This document shows positions 62,758 through 64,000 of a stretch of 64,000 nucleotides of DNA, one piece after another. The position numbers and the translations under genes are program-made. The stretch is taken from the NCBI GenBank assembly GCA_036172245.1, contig JAYWIR010000091.1:124001-188000 (forward strand), given 5' to 3'. Below the pieces are notes generated by a model. That model saw only the letters and a list, made by a program, of their open reading frames with translations, was not told the origin of the DNA and ran no database searches. The first letter of the stretch is position 1, and every line of letters begins with the position of its first letter. Source of the stretch: Raillietiella orientalis. Taxonomy: Eukaryota.

Positions 62758-63722
62758 TTTTTTCCTCGTTCACGCCGGGACGTTGATTGATATAAACGAG
62801 CTGGAAACAGTTGTTTCCAGCTTTCGACAATAAAAAGATGCAGCGGAGATTTACGCCTAGCACGCAGGCCAGGAAAACGGAAGAACATGGACGACTGAGG
62901 GGTGTCAAAAAAAAAAAAATTGTAAACGGGAGGAGTGGGCCAGGGAACTTTGGTGACGCTCCACAGTCACAGGGAAAGTCAAATGTTTTGGCACCAAAAT
63001 CACTGCGGAGCGTAGAGGAAAAAGGACGCGAGAGGAAAAAAATCAATTGAAAATAAAATGAGGGCGGATCACCCGTTTCGTCGTTCTAAGCGGTTGCTCA
63101 TCCGGCGATGGATACCGGTTAGCTCATCCGTTGTGTCCTCCCATGAGTGTCGACACTCTGCCGCCAATCTGATGAAGTCAAGTTATTTCCTGGTGACATA
63201 ACATCGCCGTCCAGTGTTCTCGAGCACGTCTCGGATTGTGACGACGGCGCGGATGCAACCAACAGTGGAAATCATCGCAGCCATCGAAAGTCCTTGTGGC
63301 CGGAAGAACCGCCGCAGCACTTGTCTAGCGGTGCCCCCCGGTGGCGGGAGACCTTCTGCTAGCCTCCGCTACAGTTCGTGGAGGGCAGCGCCGTCCATAT
63401 CAGGGTGCGGGAACGAATCGTTCGCTTCGCACTGCGCACAGTAGAAAGAAGCCACCCCACCGGAATCCCGTTGTCGCCGCTCGTCGTAGCGCAATCCCCA
63501 GTGCAAGGAGAGCAAAACGTCTTGCTTTTATGCAGGGGGAAACATCGAACCGTACAAACACCAGGGAGGGACTATAAGTTCCTCGGGGGCAACACCAAGA
63601 GCTTCTTCCCACCGAAGTAACCCTTATGGTGTAGTACGAGGAGTGGCGGCATCCGCAATCTCGCTCGTGGCCCATTCGTTAACTGGTTTTGTTCTTCCTG
63701 CAATGATGCAGGAGGAACCTGC
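62758..63722 (-). mobile_element. E18: 3' ~1 kb of a family-B element
   Basis: IIAGRTK..W.TSEIADAATPR and C-terminus resemble E7/E8. 3' UTR with GGCCTGCGTGC. Terminal AATCAA-CGTCCCGGCGTGAACGAGG-A6. Confidence 0.85.
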
Positions 63723-64000
63723 AGGGGGTGGCGTGTAAGTCTTCAGTGTAATATTCTTCAGAATAGGGGGCACTCCGGGATAGGTGTCCGCCCTTTGAAT
63801 CCAGGAAGGGCTCCGAGTCTGTTCCTCCCACGCTTGGGGAGGGATCCCCTCGGACGGAGGGTACGCACCTCCCACCCTGGTTGTCTTCAAAGATGAACCC
63901 CGAAAAGAATCTCCTTCCTCATTCTCTCTGGAGGAACACCCTCCTAATAAGGGATGTTCCTGTCCATTTCAATTTCTCCCGAAAAAGCCCGGAAAGGAGC

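Noticed and set aside
1..64000. CRISPR arrays, tRNA/rRNA/snRNA genes (typical Tx1 targets), 5' HDV-like ribozyme
   Set aside because: No repeat-spacer pattern or recognisable RNA gene was seen, and the resolvable targets are other retrotransposons. A covariance-model search would be needed to fully exclude ribozymes.

Overview
Eukaryotic DNA (species not determinable from the sequence alone). About 50 kb of the window is a dense, mixed-orientation nest of at least 18 copies or fragments of GC-rich non-LTR retrotransposons of the L1/Tx1 type, at 1-43050 and 56475-63720. ORF1 is gag-like with two CCHC knuckles. ORF2 is APE endonuclease + RT + a C-terminal CxxC..H..C finger, with no RNase H seen. 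All copies are disabled, and I label them E1-E18. An AT-richer island at 43050-55450 carries a ~3.8-kb-arm diverged inverted duplication. The main signal is that the elements insert into each other non-randomly. Eight of eleven recognisable 3' ends are followed by A-Y-Y-T-C. Three family-B copies sit exactly in the codons of the catalytic GDFN motif of a relative's endonuclease, one site with a triplicated ATTTCAATC target duplication. Two other homologous sites are also hit repeatedly. The junctions reconstruct a four-level Russian-doll nest. Divergent subfamilies also share a 5' GGACGTGTTT motif, a TAATG-type ORF1/ORF2 overlap, and two 3'-UTR hairpins (a covarying CUGCGU-hexaloop and a terminal hairpin after AATAAA) in place of a long poly(A). 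All alignments and identities are by eye.
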